64,000 nucleotides of DNA from Lama glama (lineage: Eukaryota). A model generated the notes under the pieces. The model had not been told where the DNA came from. It saw only the letters and a program-made list of their open reading frames with translations, and did no database searches. Positions 25,301 to 39,724 of the stretch are shown one piece after another. Location of the stretch: assembly GCA_028534125.1 (NCBI GenBank), contig CM052817.1, positions 71,798,001-71,862,000 of the forward strand, in the 5' to 3' direction. A program made the translations under genes and the position numbers. The first letter of the stretch is position 1. The number at the start of each line of letters is the position of its first letter.

Positions 25301-28300
25301 ATGACATTTTCTAATCACATCAACAGAAAGTAATGCAGAAGACTAAATTCTTTCACAGTGGCAGTTTGCTTAGTGGTTGGGAGTACAAGCCTCTTGTCAG
25401 ATTGTGCCTGATTTGAGTCCTATCCTAGGTTCATTTCTGCTACTCTAACCAGGTAGCCTGAGGCAAGATACTTCTGAGCATCAGTATATGTAGAGTGCTG
25501 TGAAAATAATATTGGCCTCCTGTTTTGAGTGTGTAGATAATTTTTTAAAATGATGATTGTAGTGCCTGAGCCGATCAAAAATATCTATCTACTCCATCAC
25601 ATTTTCTAAGTTCCCAATCATCATTCCCCTTGATTTTTCGAATTTCCAGTCATCTAACCCTCGCTAGAGTGCCTTCTAAGAAACAACGAAGCCAGGACTA
25701 GTGATTCTTCAGTAGAAACTGGGGTCTTTGAAAGCCCTATAGGCACTGCAAAACCCACCTCACTGTTAACACCCTACCATTCCAATCCCTACATTTACAT
25801 ATTTGTTCATATATGTTTGTTTATTTGCTCCTTTATTTAGCATGATAAGACAAAATATTTTCTCTAGTATAAGAATTACTAAATGCTTCATAGTTGTCTC
25901 ATCAAAAGTAATGTCACTCACCCATTGATGTAGTGATGTGTGTCTGTTTTTATGGTAGTAGCTGGAAAGTGGGAGTGAATGAGGTAAGTGATCTAAGGAA
26001 TATTTGCCACCAATAAATTAATTAAAAATATTTGAAGCTATCTGGGCAAAAATCAGCAGAAAAAAAGTTACTGTGGTTTGTTTAGCTTATGATTTTAATC
26101 AACATCTGATTGGGCTAATGCTTTTGTGTTGTTTTGGAGTTGACTAACATTTTTAACTTCTCAAGTTTCCTTGTTTCTAACTATAAAAGTGAAAAAACAA
26201 CTTTGTCCAAGTATATTTTGATGCACTTCATTTTACTGTATATTGTGAATAGTAAAGTTGTTAAAAGTGTAAAATAACTATGAGAGTTGGGGATCATAAT
26301 CTCAACTAGTAAAATAATCTTAGGTTGTGACATTGTAAACTGGAAAATTCTGTCATCTATGTGTCTCCTCACCCCCCTTCACACACTACACACCACACAT
26401 ACACACATCTCCTCCCTGTCTCCCTCACCACACACGTTTCCCACGTTATAGATATATTTTTAAATGTTTATTTTAATAAAGATATATCAGGAAACATTAA
26501 AATGTGTCCAATGTCTTATGAACATTAATGAAAATGATGAACAATATGAATTATTATCGTAAAAATTCTCACATAAAGATGAAGTGGTGGTAAAAAAGTT
26601 TAAGTTGAAATTTTTTCTATAGAATTCTTTAAAATATCTGATTTATTGAGAAAATATTAGAAATTAATTAGAATTAATCTGAGGTTTAATTCATGCCAAT
26701 TAAATAGATTTTAATGTCTGATCTTTGTTTTTGTGAACAAAGTTTTAATTATACTGTTTGATCAGTTGGCATTTATTGAACATCTACTGTTTACCAACTG
26801 TTATGCCAGGCTCCCATAAAAAACCTAAAAGAAAATGATCCCCCAAATGTTAATTCATTAAAACACTCCACATAGTAAATGACAAAGGAGTAGTATGGAC
26901 AAGGGATAATTTTCAGGTATGGGAACAATGAGTGCCCAGAACTGAAAGTTTAAAAAATAAAAAGGGAGAGAGATGTGAGATTTAGACTTACGTCTAGGAG
27001 AGATGTTGGAAGAAATTAGAAAAAAAAGAAATCAAAGGAGGATAGAAATGTGGCAGCTCTTCTATGGAGGAAGAAGTCTTTCTACCAAGTCCTAATCTGA
27101 AAGTTACAGAATGACTATAAAGGTGTTTTCCAACCATAAAAAGAAGAAAAACCTCTATAAAATACTGCTTGAGCTAATAACAATAGGACATAACACAAGA
27201 AAGAGAAATACTTTTATATGGAAAGATGAAGAAAGGAACTTATATTAGCACATAAACTCTACACAGGACGGTATCTGTCTTCTCCAGGAACACATAATTT
27301 TGACAATGTATGCAAATCCACAGGTGGTGATTTCAGGCAGAGAAGGAGCTTCCACACTGAGAATAGTAAACTAAGCTGAGATTTACCACTTTGGTAGTCA
27401 TAATGCTAAGGGTAATGTTGCCTGGAATGAAAGGAGTGTGTTCACTGACACTTCCAGGATACCCAACATGCAGTGGGGCTTTATTAAAGAACGTGCAAAG
27501 TACAGTCCCTCTGTTGCTATGAAAATACAGATTCCCATATTGCATGCTTTACTTACTGGCCCTGACACCTTTATTATTTATACAAGCACTCCATATTTAT
27601 GAATACAAATGGTTTACAGGTAAATTCTGGATTGGATAAAACAACGTTTCATATCTGGAAGAGTAAACACTGCAAACAATCTGAAGTCTTAACTCAAAAG
27701 AGGGGACAAGCCGAGGATAATCCAGGAGCAGCTAGAATTCTGGGGAGAGTCTCCTGAGATGGGAGAAGGGCAAAAAGGAGGAGGACATGAAGAAGGTAGT
27801 AAATAAAGGGAAGGCAAAGAAAAGGGACGTGGAGAGATGCGTAAATTTCTCCCACCCACGAAGCTGTATTGATAGCTCTTCCTAATCCCCTGTTCTCTGA
27901 CAAGGCATTTCATGTGAATGCAGGGTCTGGCAGAGACTTAACAGTTGCTGGGCTTCTCCAGCCACTGTGGCCTCATCCTCTCTCCACTTCTACCCACCCA
28001 GATTCCTTTCTTGTCAAACTTGTTTCCAATCACCCAAGCCCTCTAGTCTAGGACCTTTTGGTCAAACTGTCTGTTACTCAGGACACAAATAGATTGAGGG
28101 TGTCAGATAACATGGTAATTTGGTGGGGGAGAAGACAGTTTGAGTGAGCACTGCAATGCCCTTTATAATACCCCCTTTTCCAACCACACACACCTTTAAA
28201 AGTAAATGCCCTTTATCTACCTATGTTTTTCTATGTCTCTAAGTCACTGGAGGGCAACTGATTGTGATTCATACCTCTTTTTATTTATTTGCTTTGATGT

Positions 28301-29299
28301 GTTCATTCTCTCTGAGGAGCTAACTGATAGAACATTTGAGTCAATTCTCTTTTTCTTGGGGAAGAGGGGTAACACAAAGCTGAGTGATGACAAACTTGGG
28401 CTCTGTTGCTCTAAGAGAACCACATAGAATATTGAATGCACTAAAGTTACAGCATTGACACTATATGAAGTGATGACATCCTTTAACTACATCTTAAGCT
28501 CAAAGCCATTTCTTCTGGAACTGTTTAATGTCCAACTAATACACATGCATAGTACTCACCACATGCTTGATGCCTGCTGATTGTCTGAAAACCGTGTTCC
28601 CCAGTATCTCAGTTGCCTCTCTCCCCCATCCCCCGAAACTCTCAGGATCACTATACAGGCTGTGAACACACTGACGGAGAAGCAGGTGCCCTTGAAGAAG
28701 CTAAGACATGAGCATGAGAGTAGTGGAATGAGGCAGAGTTCACCCCAGACATACACACCACCATGGCTATTTGATTGCACACCTAAATACAAAGATTCGG
28801 GTGAATGCTCTCAGTAAAAATGGTGCTGCTTCAATGAACAGGTCAGAATGAGGGTCCAAGGGGAGGAGGTTACCTGCTCAAAAAATACTTGCTGAGAAGT
28901 TACTATAGGTTAGGCACTCCATTTTGAGTAAAGCAGCTATTTTGCATAGAAATACACCCGTCTTCTTAAGAGGTACAAGAATTTTTCTTCACGTTGGTTG
29001 GCAATTCCTGAAAGCTCTTGTAACATCACATCTTTCTCTAGTTTGCACCCACTTTCTCTCTTTTCTTGAATGAGGGAGAGGGAAAGAGACGGGATACAGG
29101 AAGGAAATGACCTTCCTTTTCAGGGATTTGCTAATGTTTCCAGGTGAGGGCACAAGAATTCAGGAGCTTCACTGCTTCTCCAGCTGTTATCTTTTCATAT
29201 GTTCTGTACATTTGACTGGGCACATAAGTCAGTGCTGAAGTGCCACTGTAACGTTCTAATATTCATGTTTAAAGAAACAGATAGGTCAGAGACTAGGAG

Positions 29300-31250
29300 T
29301 GACAGGGTCGGTGAGTGGGGGCTAGGCTGGCACCTGAGCCTGGGATTTCAGCCAGATCGCTGGCCGGGGCTTTGCTCAGAGTCTGTCTCGGGATCAGGAC
29401 CCGCATGCTCTGCGTCGCCCTCCTCGCGGCTCCCCTCTGGCTCCTGGCGGCCTGGGGTGCTCCATTCTTTACCCACACAGCCTTGCCTCCCAGGGTCCAC
29501 CCAGCGCGTCAGGGCTGGCAGCGGATTCCCGGAGATGTCCGCCCAAACTAGGTTCCGGACCCTGTGGGCAGCGACTCCTTCTGCAACTGCAGCTGCTCCT
29601 ACTAACCTTTGGAAAAGAGGAAAAGCTGTTTCAGATCTTTCTGTGTATCTCAAGTGTGAGAGGAAAGAACATTCGCTTGCGTTAGAAGGCCTAAATACCA
29701 AGCTACTCAAGGAGAAATGCTGGTCCGTTAACCTCTAACCCTCCCGTCCCAACACAATCCCAGCCGCTGGGGAAGTGGCCGCCGGAAGGGTCGGTGCGTC
29801 GGGCCAGGGACTTGGCCGGGGCAGCTCTCGGCGCAGAACTCTCTATAAGTCCTCACTCCCAGGATCGGATAGATGATTCATTTTTATATGTAACGTTTTA
29901 CCCCACTCTATAGCTCCGGCTGGTTAATGTTCAACCTCAGGGCTTCGAGAGGCAGGTCGAGGGAGGCAGGCGGGGACGACCCATTCAAGGTACATGGCTG
30001 CTCGGGAGTGAAGGCTCAGAAGCCCGAGAGAGGGTGAGGAGGATGTGACGGGGGCTCCTCCGGCCTGGGCCTCGCTGGGCCGACTCTGAGAGGGTAGAGG
30101 AGCGGGGGAGGGGGTTGGGGGTCGGAGGCCCGGACCCGGTTCTTGTCCCCGGAGGCGCAGCCGGGAGGCTGTGCCCGGGCTGAGTCCGGACCGCCCACGA
30201 CGCCGCGGCCCAGGCTGGGAGCGGCGCGTGCAGGGGCGGCGGGCGCGCGGGCGGGCGCTTCGGCCCAGCGGGACTCGGAGGGCAGGCAGGCTGTGCCGCT
30301 CCAGCACCCGGCTCCGATGCTCGCCTGGGGCTGCGGGCTGAGGAGGGGGGAATTGGGCGCACGGCGGCAGCTGCGGATCAGATTCCGGTTTTGTTGTCCG
30401 GAGGGACGCGCACACACCATAGCGGAGACCCGAGAGAAGTACCCCGGAGTGCGTAGGTTGCCCTCTGGGACACCGCTTCTCTGGGTCCCTCTGAAAATAC
30501 CATCAGGGTAGTGAGAGGCGGCAAGTCTTGCCCCCTCCCTTCTCCCACGTCGCCGGCCAAAAAAAATGAACATTAAGATAAAGCAGCTGTTGTGGTCAAT
30601 AGAAAAGGGGAGGATTGTGTGGTGCCCGAGCCACAGTGCGGGCAGCCAGTGAGGCCCACGGCGAAGCCGCCCTTGGGGGCATGTTCAGCTGGAGTGAGGT
30701 CACCGCGGGTCTTTCTAAGGGCTGGGCCGCTTGGCCCCCACGGAATCCAGAGGTCCAGAAGGTCCCGGTCAGCTGTCCAGGCTGCAATCCCCTGGCGCTG
30801 GGCGGTTGACCGGCCGGCAGTGCTGCAGGGGGGAAGGAGGCTCCGGGCTGATGAGGGAAGTTTCGTTCCGGGAGCTACAGCCCAGAATTCGCAGGCGGGA
30901 TTTTTTTCCCCCCTGTCAGAGAAACTGACAAACAAGACCCTGCCTCATCAGATAAGAGTGGCTCCTGCGATTTCATGGATTTTAGGAGAGGGTGGAGGCG
31001 TTGATGTTAGTAGAGCCCTGTGAATGAACATCCCCCGAGGCCCAGCGCCCGCATAAGAAGGGTTTTATTTTACTTTCTTTTGTTTGATATTATCTTATTT
31101 TCTGACAAAGTGACCTGTCGTCTGTCGCTTTGGGCTCTGGCAGGCAAAGCCCCTTTTGTGGCGCTGGGGATGGCCTGCAAGGTGTCCACCGCAGTCCACA
31201 ACAGCGTTCCCCGCCCCCTGTGCCCGCACACAGCGGGATGAATTACAGAC
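29300..31250. promoter_or_regulatory. CpG island cluster downstream of PITX2
   Basis: High GC and CpG density at 29.3-29.6, 29.75-30.55 and 30.6-31.25 kb. Confidence 0.8.
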
Positions 31251-33479
31251 ACCCGTGGTCAGCACAACGCAAACGGCCATGTACAGTGACACTACAGAAG
31301 GCCCTGCCAGTTCATCTGGGAGGACAGAGAACGATGCCATCAAGCTTCATGTGGGTACAGCAACCCCACCCAGATACCCACCCAGAGAAGCAGACATGAG
31401 GGGGCTGCTGAGACAAGCAGAACGGGGGAAAGCACCCAAGAACTGGGTAGCCGCTAATCTGGGTTCCAAGTCACATTCCATATGCTGCTCCACTATCTTC
31501 TTAGGGACAGCATAAACGCCTCAAGGTCTCATCTCCCTAGAGGGACGAGGGTAAATGTTCTTGTCCAGGACTGCCGGCTGAGGGAGGCCGGGGTGGGGGG
31601 ATGGGGTGGGGGCGGGTCCCCCGCTGCTGCAAACTGTTGGCGGAGGCAGAAAGACTTCACTGCTTCTGGACAGAGAAAGCATTGGTGGAGGGAGTCTCGA
31701 AGCTCTAAGGACGCTCTAAGGTACATTTGGTTGCAGCATCAGCGGTCCATTTTCTAAGTTGATAGAACAGGAAAGCAAGCAAGCAAGCAAACAAACAAAA
31801 AAACCCACTTTGGAGTGGATAAAAAGAAAAAAACAGAAGAGGGAAAAGATAGGAAAAGAAAAAGACAGAAAGCACGAGGGTGGGGCAAATACCTTAAACA
31901 TTTTTGCAGGAAGAATAGGAGAACTGGCTCTAGAAGGATCCATCAAAGTCAGGGGATGCAGACACATAGCCTGATCAGGGAGGGCCCAATGAGTCTGAAC
32001 TTCTCTTAGCTCTTCTGAGAGAAGGAAAAAAAAAAATGCAGTCCCCGACACAATCCCCTAAAAGTGAACACCTTTACCATATAATTATTAAGTATTTTTT
32101 AAATATTTAAAAAGGGAATTTAGATGGTTCTTTTAGTCATTCTTTGGCTGAGTAACTTTAACTTCCAGTATCTTCTGCTTTCCACAACTGCCACTGAACT
32201 ACTAACAAGGCATTGTTATAACAGGAGTGGAAATGATTTTTTTAAAGGTAATGAAGTAGAATTAAATACATCTTGAGTGGGACATTGTATTTCTTGCAGG
32301 CCTTCTCTAAGCTTCAAACAAAATCTAAAATCAATATTTCCATAAAATGCTTAAACTACTCGGCACAGAAGTGAAAGAAGTTAAGTATCCCCCACACAAT
32401 AAATTCTGGTGTCTGTCTTTTCAGGTAGAACGGCAACAATGAGAAGGCCTCCTTTGGTGGTGGGGTGGAGTAGGGTGGGTCATAAATAAACTTTTGAGAT
32501 TAAAGACCTGAAAAAGTAAATTAGTAATGTGTATAGATAGTTTTAAAATTTTCCTTCTGAAAATCTGCTATAAGAAATTTCTCCCGTTTACTCCGAGACC
32601 TCTCTTCCCTCAGTCAACCACGTTTCTGGCTTCCCCGTGTGCTTAGATTAACTGCAGCTTGCAGGGGGGTTCTATAGGATAATCAATATATTCATAAAGG
32701 CCTCTGATCTGATTACATTGTTTTTTTTTTCCCGTTTCCTCTCAAGAACTTAAGTCGGCGAGCCGGGGACTCCCAGCGTTGCTGCGGCTGTGAGCGCCGG
32801 AGGCTGGGGAGTCCTGGCGACGGCGGCGAGGGCGCTCGTGGATTAGGTTGTGGATTGCACGGCAGACCTTTGTTTGGTCACATTCTCGACGGGGTTTGGG
32901 GAGGGAGGGAGTCGTCCTCCTGGGAAATCGCGCCAGGTTTTTATAGACTCTCCTTAAAAGAACTCACCGCTCTTCATAGGGTTAATTTATGGGGCTTTCG
33001 AGGAATATTGGGACTTTTAAGACGTTCTTTCTCCCCCCCCCCTTTTTTTTGTTGCACTCCTAAAAGGACTCCTGGATTTCAGCACCTCGCAGGAAGAGGG
33101 TGGGAGTGGGAGAAAGAACAGGGCCTAGAGGAGAAGGGGAGGGTTTGCCTCCTAATCAAACTGCCTACAGGGCCCAGGCTGCCCAAGATATTTTTAAGAA
33201 TTAAGTTTCTAATTATGCTGTGGGCTGTAAAACTCAGGTTTAAGAACTGGGAGGAAATTGAGACAAACGTGAGCCACATTCACCTTTCCCCAGGTCTCCA
33301 TTAATTTGAATTCAGGATCAGAGTAAGGAAGAGTTTGGGGCCTTGAATTTTTAAAGTTTAAAAACCAAGGACCTTCGGGAGAGAGGATTAGAGTAACAGG
33401 TGAGGAGGGCAGGGAGGAAAAGCCCCTAGACCACGAACTGTCTGCTTGTTGCTGCCCCAGACCCCCTGCCTCAGGGCGC

Positions 33480-34800
33480 TCAGAGGTGGGCGGCTGGGGA
33501 CTGAAGGCCTGGGAGGCCCGGGCTCCTGGGGGCCCGACCTCCCGCTCGCCATCTTTGATCCTAAGCGGAGGAGGTTGATGTTCATGCTATAGATTACCTT
33601 AAAGGTTCCTTTAAGCACTTTAATACACAACTAGCTCAGAAATCATTAAGAGACCTAGAGAAGAAGAAGAAATACCCTCACACTCACCGGTAATAAATGT
33701 TGACATGCAGCAAAAATCGATTGAGTGGAACCGAGGTGGTGGCAGTAGAGATGGCTGGAGGGGGGCACCGGCATGGGAGCGGGAGGGGCGAGGGGACCGA
33801 CTCCGCTGGCTCGGGAACTAGGTTTTTCTCACTTAAAGGGAAAAGGAGGTGCGGAAAGGGGCCGGCGGGCGAGGGAGGATGGGTGTGGGGAGGCGGGGGA
33901 AGGGTGAGGAGGGTAATTCTTCCTTCTGAATGTCCGGGGAAAGGACCTGAGGTGGGAGAAAGGGCCTCTCATCAGTCCCGAGTCTCCGCCCCCAGCCCGC
34001 ACCACTCAAGTCAGGGAAGTGACAACCCTTCCCAAACCTCGACTTCCATTTTTGTTTCCTGCAGATTGATTGATTTCCTCGAAATAGAGTTCTATTTCAG
34101 CAAGCGAACTAGGCAGAGATTCACCTCCTGCACCCAGCGTTCCCAAGTCACTCTTAGACCTGCAGACTTAAATCCTCCCAGCAGGTCTCCTTAACGCTTC
34201 CAGCTCCCCATCCCCAAATCCCCTCTCCCAGTCCCTTCCCCCGCCGCCCCTCCCCCATACCAGGCGGAGGCTCTGGGCGGCACGGACGGACGAGCCCCGC
34301 GGCTCCAGAAGCCAAAGTCCGCCCGTGGGGACCATTTTCCTCTCCACTGCTCTCAAGTGAACAACAAGGACCGAGGTGACCCTCGTCCAAAGGGCTTTTA
34401 TCTGCCCTCCACTGCCGCGTGATCCCTCCGCAGGTCTGAGGATGAGCTTAAAAAAGAAAGACAGTTAATGTACATTAAGCACTGGTCTTAAATAGGGGAC
34501 ATTATCTGCGATCTCTTTAAGTGGCAGCAGCAGTTCCGTGCAGAACAAAGACTCAGTGTCTGAGCTCCAGAAGCTATAGGTAAAGTTTCAGTCAGATAAA
34601 AGCAACCTGAGCGCAAAAACACAGGTTTTCTCGCCCCAGAAAAACCGGCAGCTACTTTTCGTTCCCGATTCCCCAGGATGGTGTTTGTCCTCGCCCATCG
34701 CGGGGGGAGGGGTGGTGGTGACCCGAATGGCAAAAGACTTCAGAGCTCCCCCCACCCCCCACCCCCCGACACACGCCGACCTCCCCTTGCGCCACGGTGA
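33480..34800. promoter_or_regulatory. CpG-rich region 1-2 kb past the PITX2 3' end; candidate promoter/first exon of a PANCR-like lncRNA
   Basis: GC/CpG-rich, with a minus-strand donor CCG|GTGAGT at 33688/33687. The position matches the recalled location of the human PANCR 5' end. Confidence 0.5.
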
Positions 34801-35814
34801 ATTCTTTGGGACTAAGTTGTATTTGCTACTCTTAGTTACAAAATCAGATTTCACATTAAAAAAAAAAAAGCTGAAAACCACCAACAAAGGGAGAGTGGGT
34901 GCTTAAAGTTCTTTTAAACACTCACACCGACCTTATTCCCCTTTTAGATGTCAGAGGATGGGAGGGAGGACCAGGGCTGTAATTCATCTTGATTTGCTTC
35001 ATTGTCCCGGAGTTTGCAAACTATAATCCTGTATAATTTCAGGAACAAGCAGGTTTAGAATTAATGGGTCAATATTATTTAAAACAAAACACAGGGAGCA
35101 TGACCTTTGCCTCAACTACATATTGCTCGACAAGACTCAGGAAACTCCACTCTAACCTCTCAACCCCTGGGCTCTTTGAGAAACTAAAGGGCTATGGTTA
35201 TTAGAAATGGTCTTTGTTTCTTTTAATGTCTTGAAAGGATTTGGAAATAGTAATGTAATATAACATGAAGAATCTCTCTACTTAAGCCTGGAAGATAAAC
35301 GTGGAGGCCTAAATATTTTGAACTGGAGGTGTTTCCTTGTAAACTTATTATAGATGTATTCCTCTTGAGAGGAAAGTATATGTACTGTACATGTATACAT
35401 ACACTCATACTTCTCTAGAACAATTGACTGGATGTGCAGCTCTCCCCTCCCCCAAAAGAGTAAATTTGAGACTCATTCCAAGCTAATGTACTTTCTAAAT
35501 TTCTTTCTCCTTTCTTCTTTCCCTCTTATATTATTTGCTAGCAATAATGGAATCCTCTGGGTTTAAGCCAAACAAAAATCTGGGAGACAAGACCAGACTT
35601 TGCAAGTTTTTTTTTTTTCCTGAGAGTGTCTTTTTTTTTTTTCTTTTTAGTTTCTGATGAATGACTATAATTTATTTCTACCAAAATTAAATAAGTACTG
35701 CTGCCTTGTGTATTTAACTAGGCAGGCAGAGGGAACTGGTTTGTTTAGGAAGCAGTGACTGAGAAACCCTGGACAGGTGACAAAGGAGGGCAGAAAGAAT
35801 CCAGACCAATCTGT

Positions 35815-36495
35815 ATGCAGTATATTTTACTCCCATGAAATAAAACACATTTTTTTCATATTTGCTGAAAAGTAAAACAATAATATTGTACGAAATGTTA
35901 TACACAGGGTAGGTTGTACATAGCAGTTTCAGAAACATCATTGCATCCACCAGAGAAACTATTCTAAAACTGATATTCACACATTTTTTATAATAATATG
36001 TTAGAAACATACAGTGTGGCATTTAGTATATACATTCCTTTGCTCGCAAGCGAAAAATCCTAATCGCTTCTGTATAACATGCTTTATTTTAAAGCCTAAC
36101 CTTTAAAAACACTGTTGTGATATTACTAACAACTGCTTTTTATAAAATTAATTTGACATTTCGATATATATACATCCTTTCAGTCATTTTAATGTTAACA
36201 ATGCTAAACTTAAAAAATAACAAGCTTATAGTAATGTTAAAATGTCATATCCAGTCAAACATTTGTGTGTGTCCTTGCAACTGTTGGAAATACTTTTAGT
36301 GAAAGATGTCAAACTTGCGGAAATTCCTTTGAAATCAAAGGAGCTTTCTTTAATTCAGTGGTTTCCTTTTCTTTCTGTCTTCTCATTCTCTCCCTTTCTT
36401 CAGCGCCCACGACCTTCTAGCGTAATCCCCAGTCTTTCAAGGGCAGAGCTGCCCCCTCCGGCACGGTCCTAGGATCCCGGCGCAGTGGGCGCGGC
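35815..36495 (-). other. PITX2: PITX2 3'UTR
   Basis: Follows TGA at 36496-36498 and is AT-rich. The minus strand has AATAAA at 36083-36088 and AGTAAA at 35826-35831. It resembles the recalled human PITX2 3'UTR; the 3' end is approximate. Confidence 0.8.
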
Positions 36496-37173
<678 letters not shown>

Positions 37174-37839
37174 CTATCCCCGCCCCGCGCCCCAAGCTGC
37201 CGGAGCCCGATCCAAACCAGGAAGGCCCGGCCGGCTCAGGCCTTAGACTCCGGGCTCTGAATTGTGCCACAAACCCCAGGCCAACGCCTGGGGGCCTGCG
37301 GGTGGCTTGTACACTAACCCAGGCCCTCCTCAGGGTCCAAAAACACTTACTGAAAAATAAACGCGGAGCTGTGGGCTCTCGGCCCAACCCTTCCGCGTTC
37401 ACCTTGCAAACTTGCTTGCATTCCAGAGCCACAGATGGACAAGGGGCTGGGAGGGCACCAGCAGCCCGCGCTGTCTCCATACAACTCCCTCCCTTCTCGT
37501 ATCTCCACTGCCGCCCCCTACTCCAAGGAAAGTGCGCTCTCAACAGGCGCAAGGCTACGACCCCCTTTCTCGCCTATCAAATCAACCAAATAAAAAGCAA
37601 AAGATCACCTCTCCAACAGCTCATTAAACTCCTCGAGCTAGGCGTGTAATTTCCGAGACTCCAGAACTAGTCGCTCTGCAGCCTTCCCCTTACTTCGCTC
37701 CGCTCCTTCACACCCTCCACCCATCCCAGGCCAGGCCCGCGCGCTGGGTGCCGCTCCGACTGGCTGGGCCTACCCAGCCCGGGTGTTGGGCTTTGCAGTT
37801 GGCTGGCCAGCCCCCACCCACGTCCGGTGTCCCCGACGC

Positions 37840-38100
37840 AACCCCACTCTCAATCCACATCGGGCCCGCCGCCGCCCCAGACGGCGTCTTTTGTGTATTG
37901 GAGCGAGGCCTGGCCCGAGATTTCCGAGCTGACACCAGTGATGTTTCACATTACACATCTCAGCCAGGACCAGCTGCCTAATCCGCTTTTTTTCCCCCCT
38001 TTTCCCTTTCATTCTCGATTTCCTTCTTATCCCCCTTCCTTTTTGCACCCGACTGCTATAAAAAGCATGCCTCACTACCCACTTGGCTGGACAAGCCGCG
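37840..38100. promoter_or_regulatory. Core of the PITX2 asymmetric enhancer (ASE) in the last intron
   Basis: FoxH1 motifs AATCCACA 37852-37859 and TGTGTATT 37892-37899, a variant ATTACACA 37950-37957, and an Nkx2-type CCACTTG 38079-38085. This is the intron and motif set known for the Nodal-responsive ASE. Confidence 0.8.
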
Positions 38101-39427
38101 GGTCTGGAAGGAGGCTGACGGAGGGAGAGAGAGCCCAGCGCTGCGGCGGCGGCGACTTGGGAGGGACTGCAAAAAAGCCGGAGGGGTGGGGGAGGGCTTT
38201 TTCCGAAGGATTCCAGAGAACCCACAGATTGTGCTCTCATTTTAATTACTTGCCATTTCTACCCTGGGCGGTCTAAACTTTGCCCAGGAGAAAATAGTAC
38301 GTGCGAGACTTGTTCCCCAGACGCGTAGGAGAGCTAAGGAAAGACTGACCTTGCGCAAAAACCACGCGGCCCAGGCTGGAGCGCAGCTCTGAGCAGTTAA
38401 ACTAAAACCATTTCCAATTTCACCCCGGCTCTTTTATCCACCAGCATAGCCTCATTCTCTACACAGATGCCACCTAGAAAATGCCTTCGTTTCCTCTGTT
38501 TTGGGAACGCATTTTGGTCTTTATTCATCATTGCTATACAGTGTTTTCTTCTTTCCGTTTTCTCTGCTGTAATTGGAGGCTGTATTTTTCTATCCAGAGC
38601 TTTTTTTTTTTTCTTAAAACAGCGAAGTCTCTCGACCCTGCTATGTATTTTTTCTACTTCCAGAATCCTAACAATCTTGGAGTTTTCCACCGACCAGCAT
38701 AAACCAGGATATTGCTACTGGGTAATTTATTTGTTAATTTTCGCCAATCCATAAAGTACAGAATTGCTACAAAGGTAAGCTCTTTCTTTAATAAAACTAT
38801 TATAACTGGGAGGAAGGGTGTGAGTAACAATCTCCTGAGAAAAGATAAATAAACAAAACCGAAAAGTCTTTCCTCTTTTTTCTCTTTTTTCTAAGAGGAC
38901 TAGCAGAATAGGAGTTGTGTATTAAAATTGCTTCCGCAGATCACAAAACAAGGTAATAGGGTGTGGGAGAGATTTGAATGGCAGAAAAACTGCAAAGACC
39001 GTATAAAAGGGCAACCCGAGCAGAGAAAATGCTGGGGTAGGCCAGGAGTGAAAGTTCTCCAAGAAAGACCAACCCTTGCGTGTTTCAGGCGGGTTTTCGT
39101 TGTTAAAAGCGCACAGGTTGGAGCCTGTTCTAGGCTGCTGGCCTGGGAGGGATTTTATTAGCTCTTGTCTGGTGAATGCAAGCCGGGAACACAATACCCT
39201 GTGCAGGGGAATGCACGCGGCCCAGTTTGGGAGGGCGCTGGGTGGCGGGCTGTGAGCCGGTGTGGCTCTGGGCTTTTGCGCCAGGCCTGCAGCTGATCTC
39301 AGAAGGGGGAGCTGTAACCTCGCAACTGGGGCCACCGCGAGGCCTTCTGCCTTTGCAGAGGCAGCCCCCCTCCCAAACCCTCCCGGGCGGCGCTGCCTTC
39401 CACACTCCTCACCCCCATCTCGGTCTA

Positions 39428-39724
<297 letters not shown>

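Noticed and set aside
29199..31757. Many overlapping ORFs up to 185 aa
   Set aside because: Same GC-content artefact; no recognisable homology or consistent exon structure.
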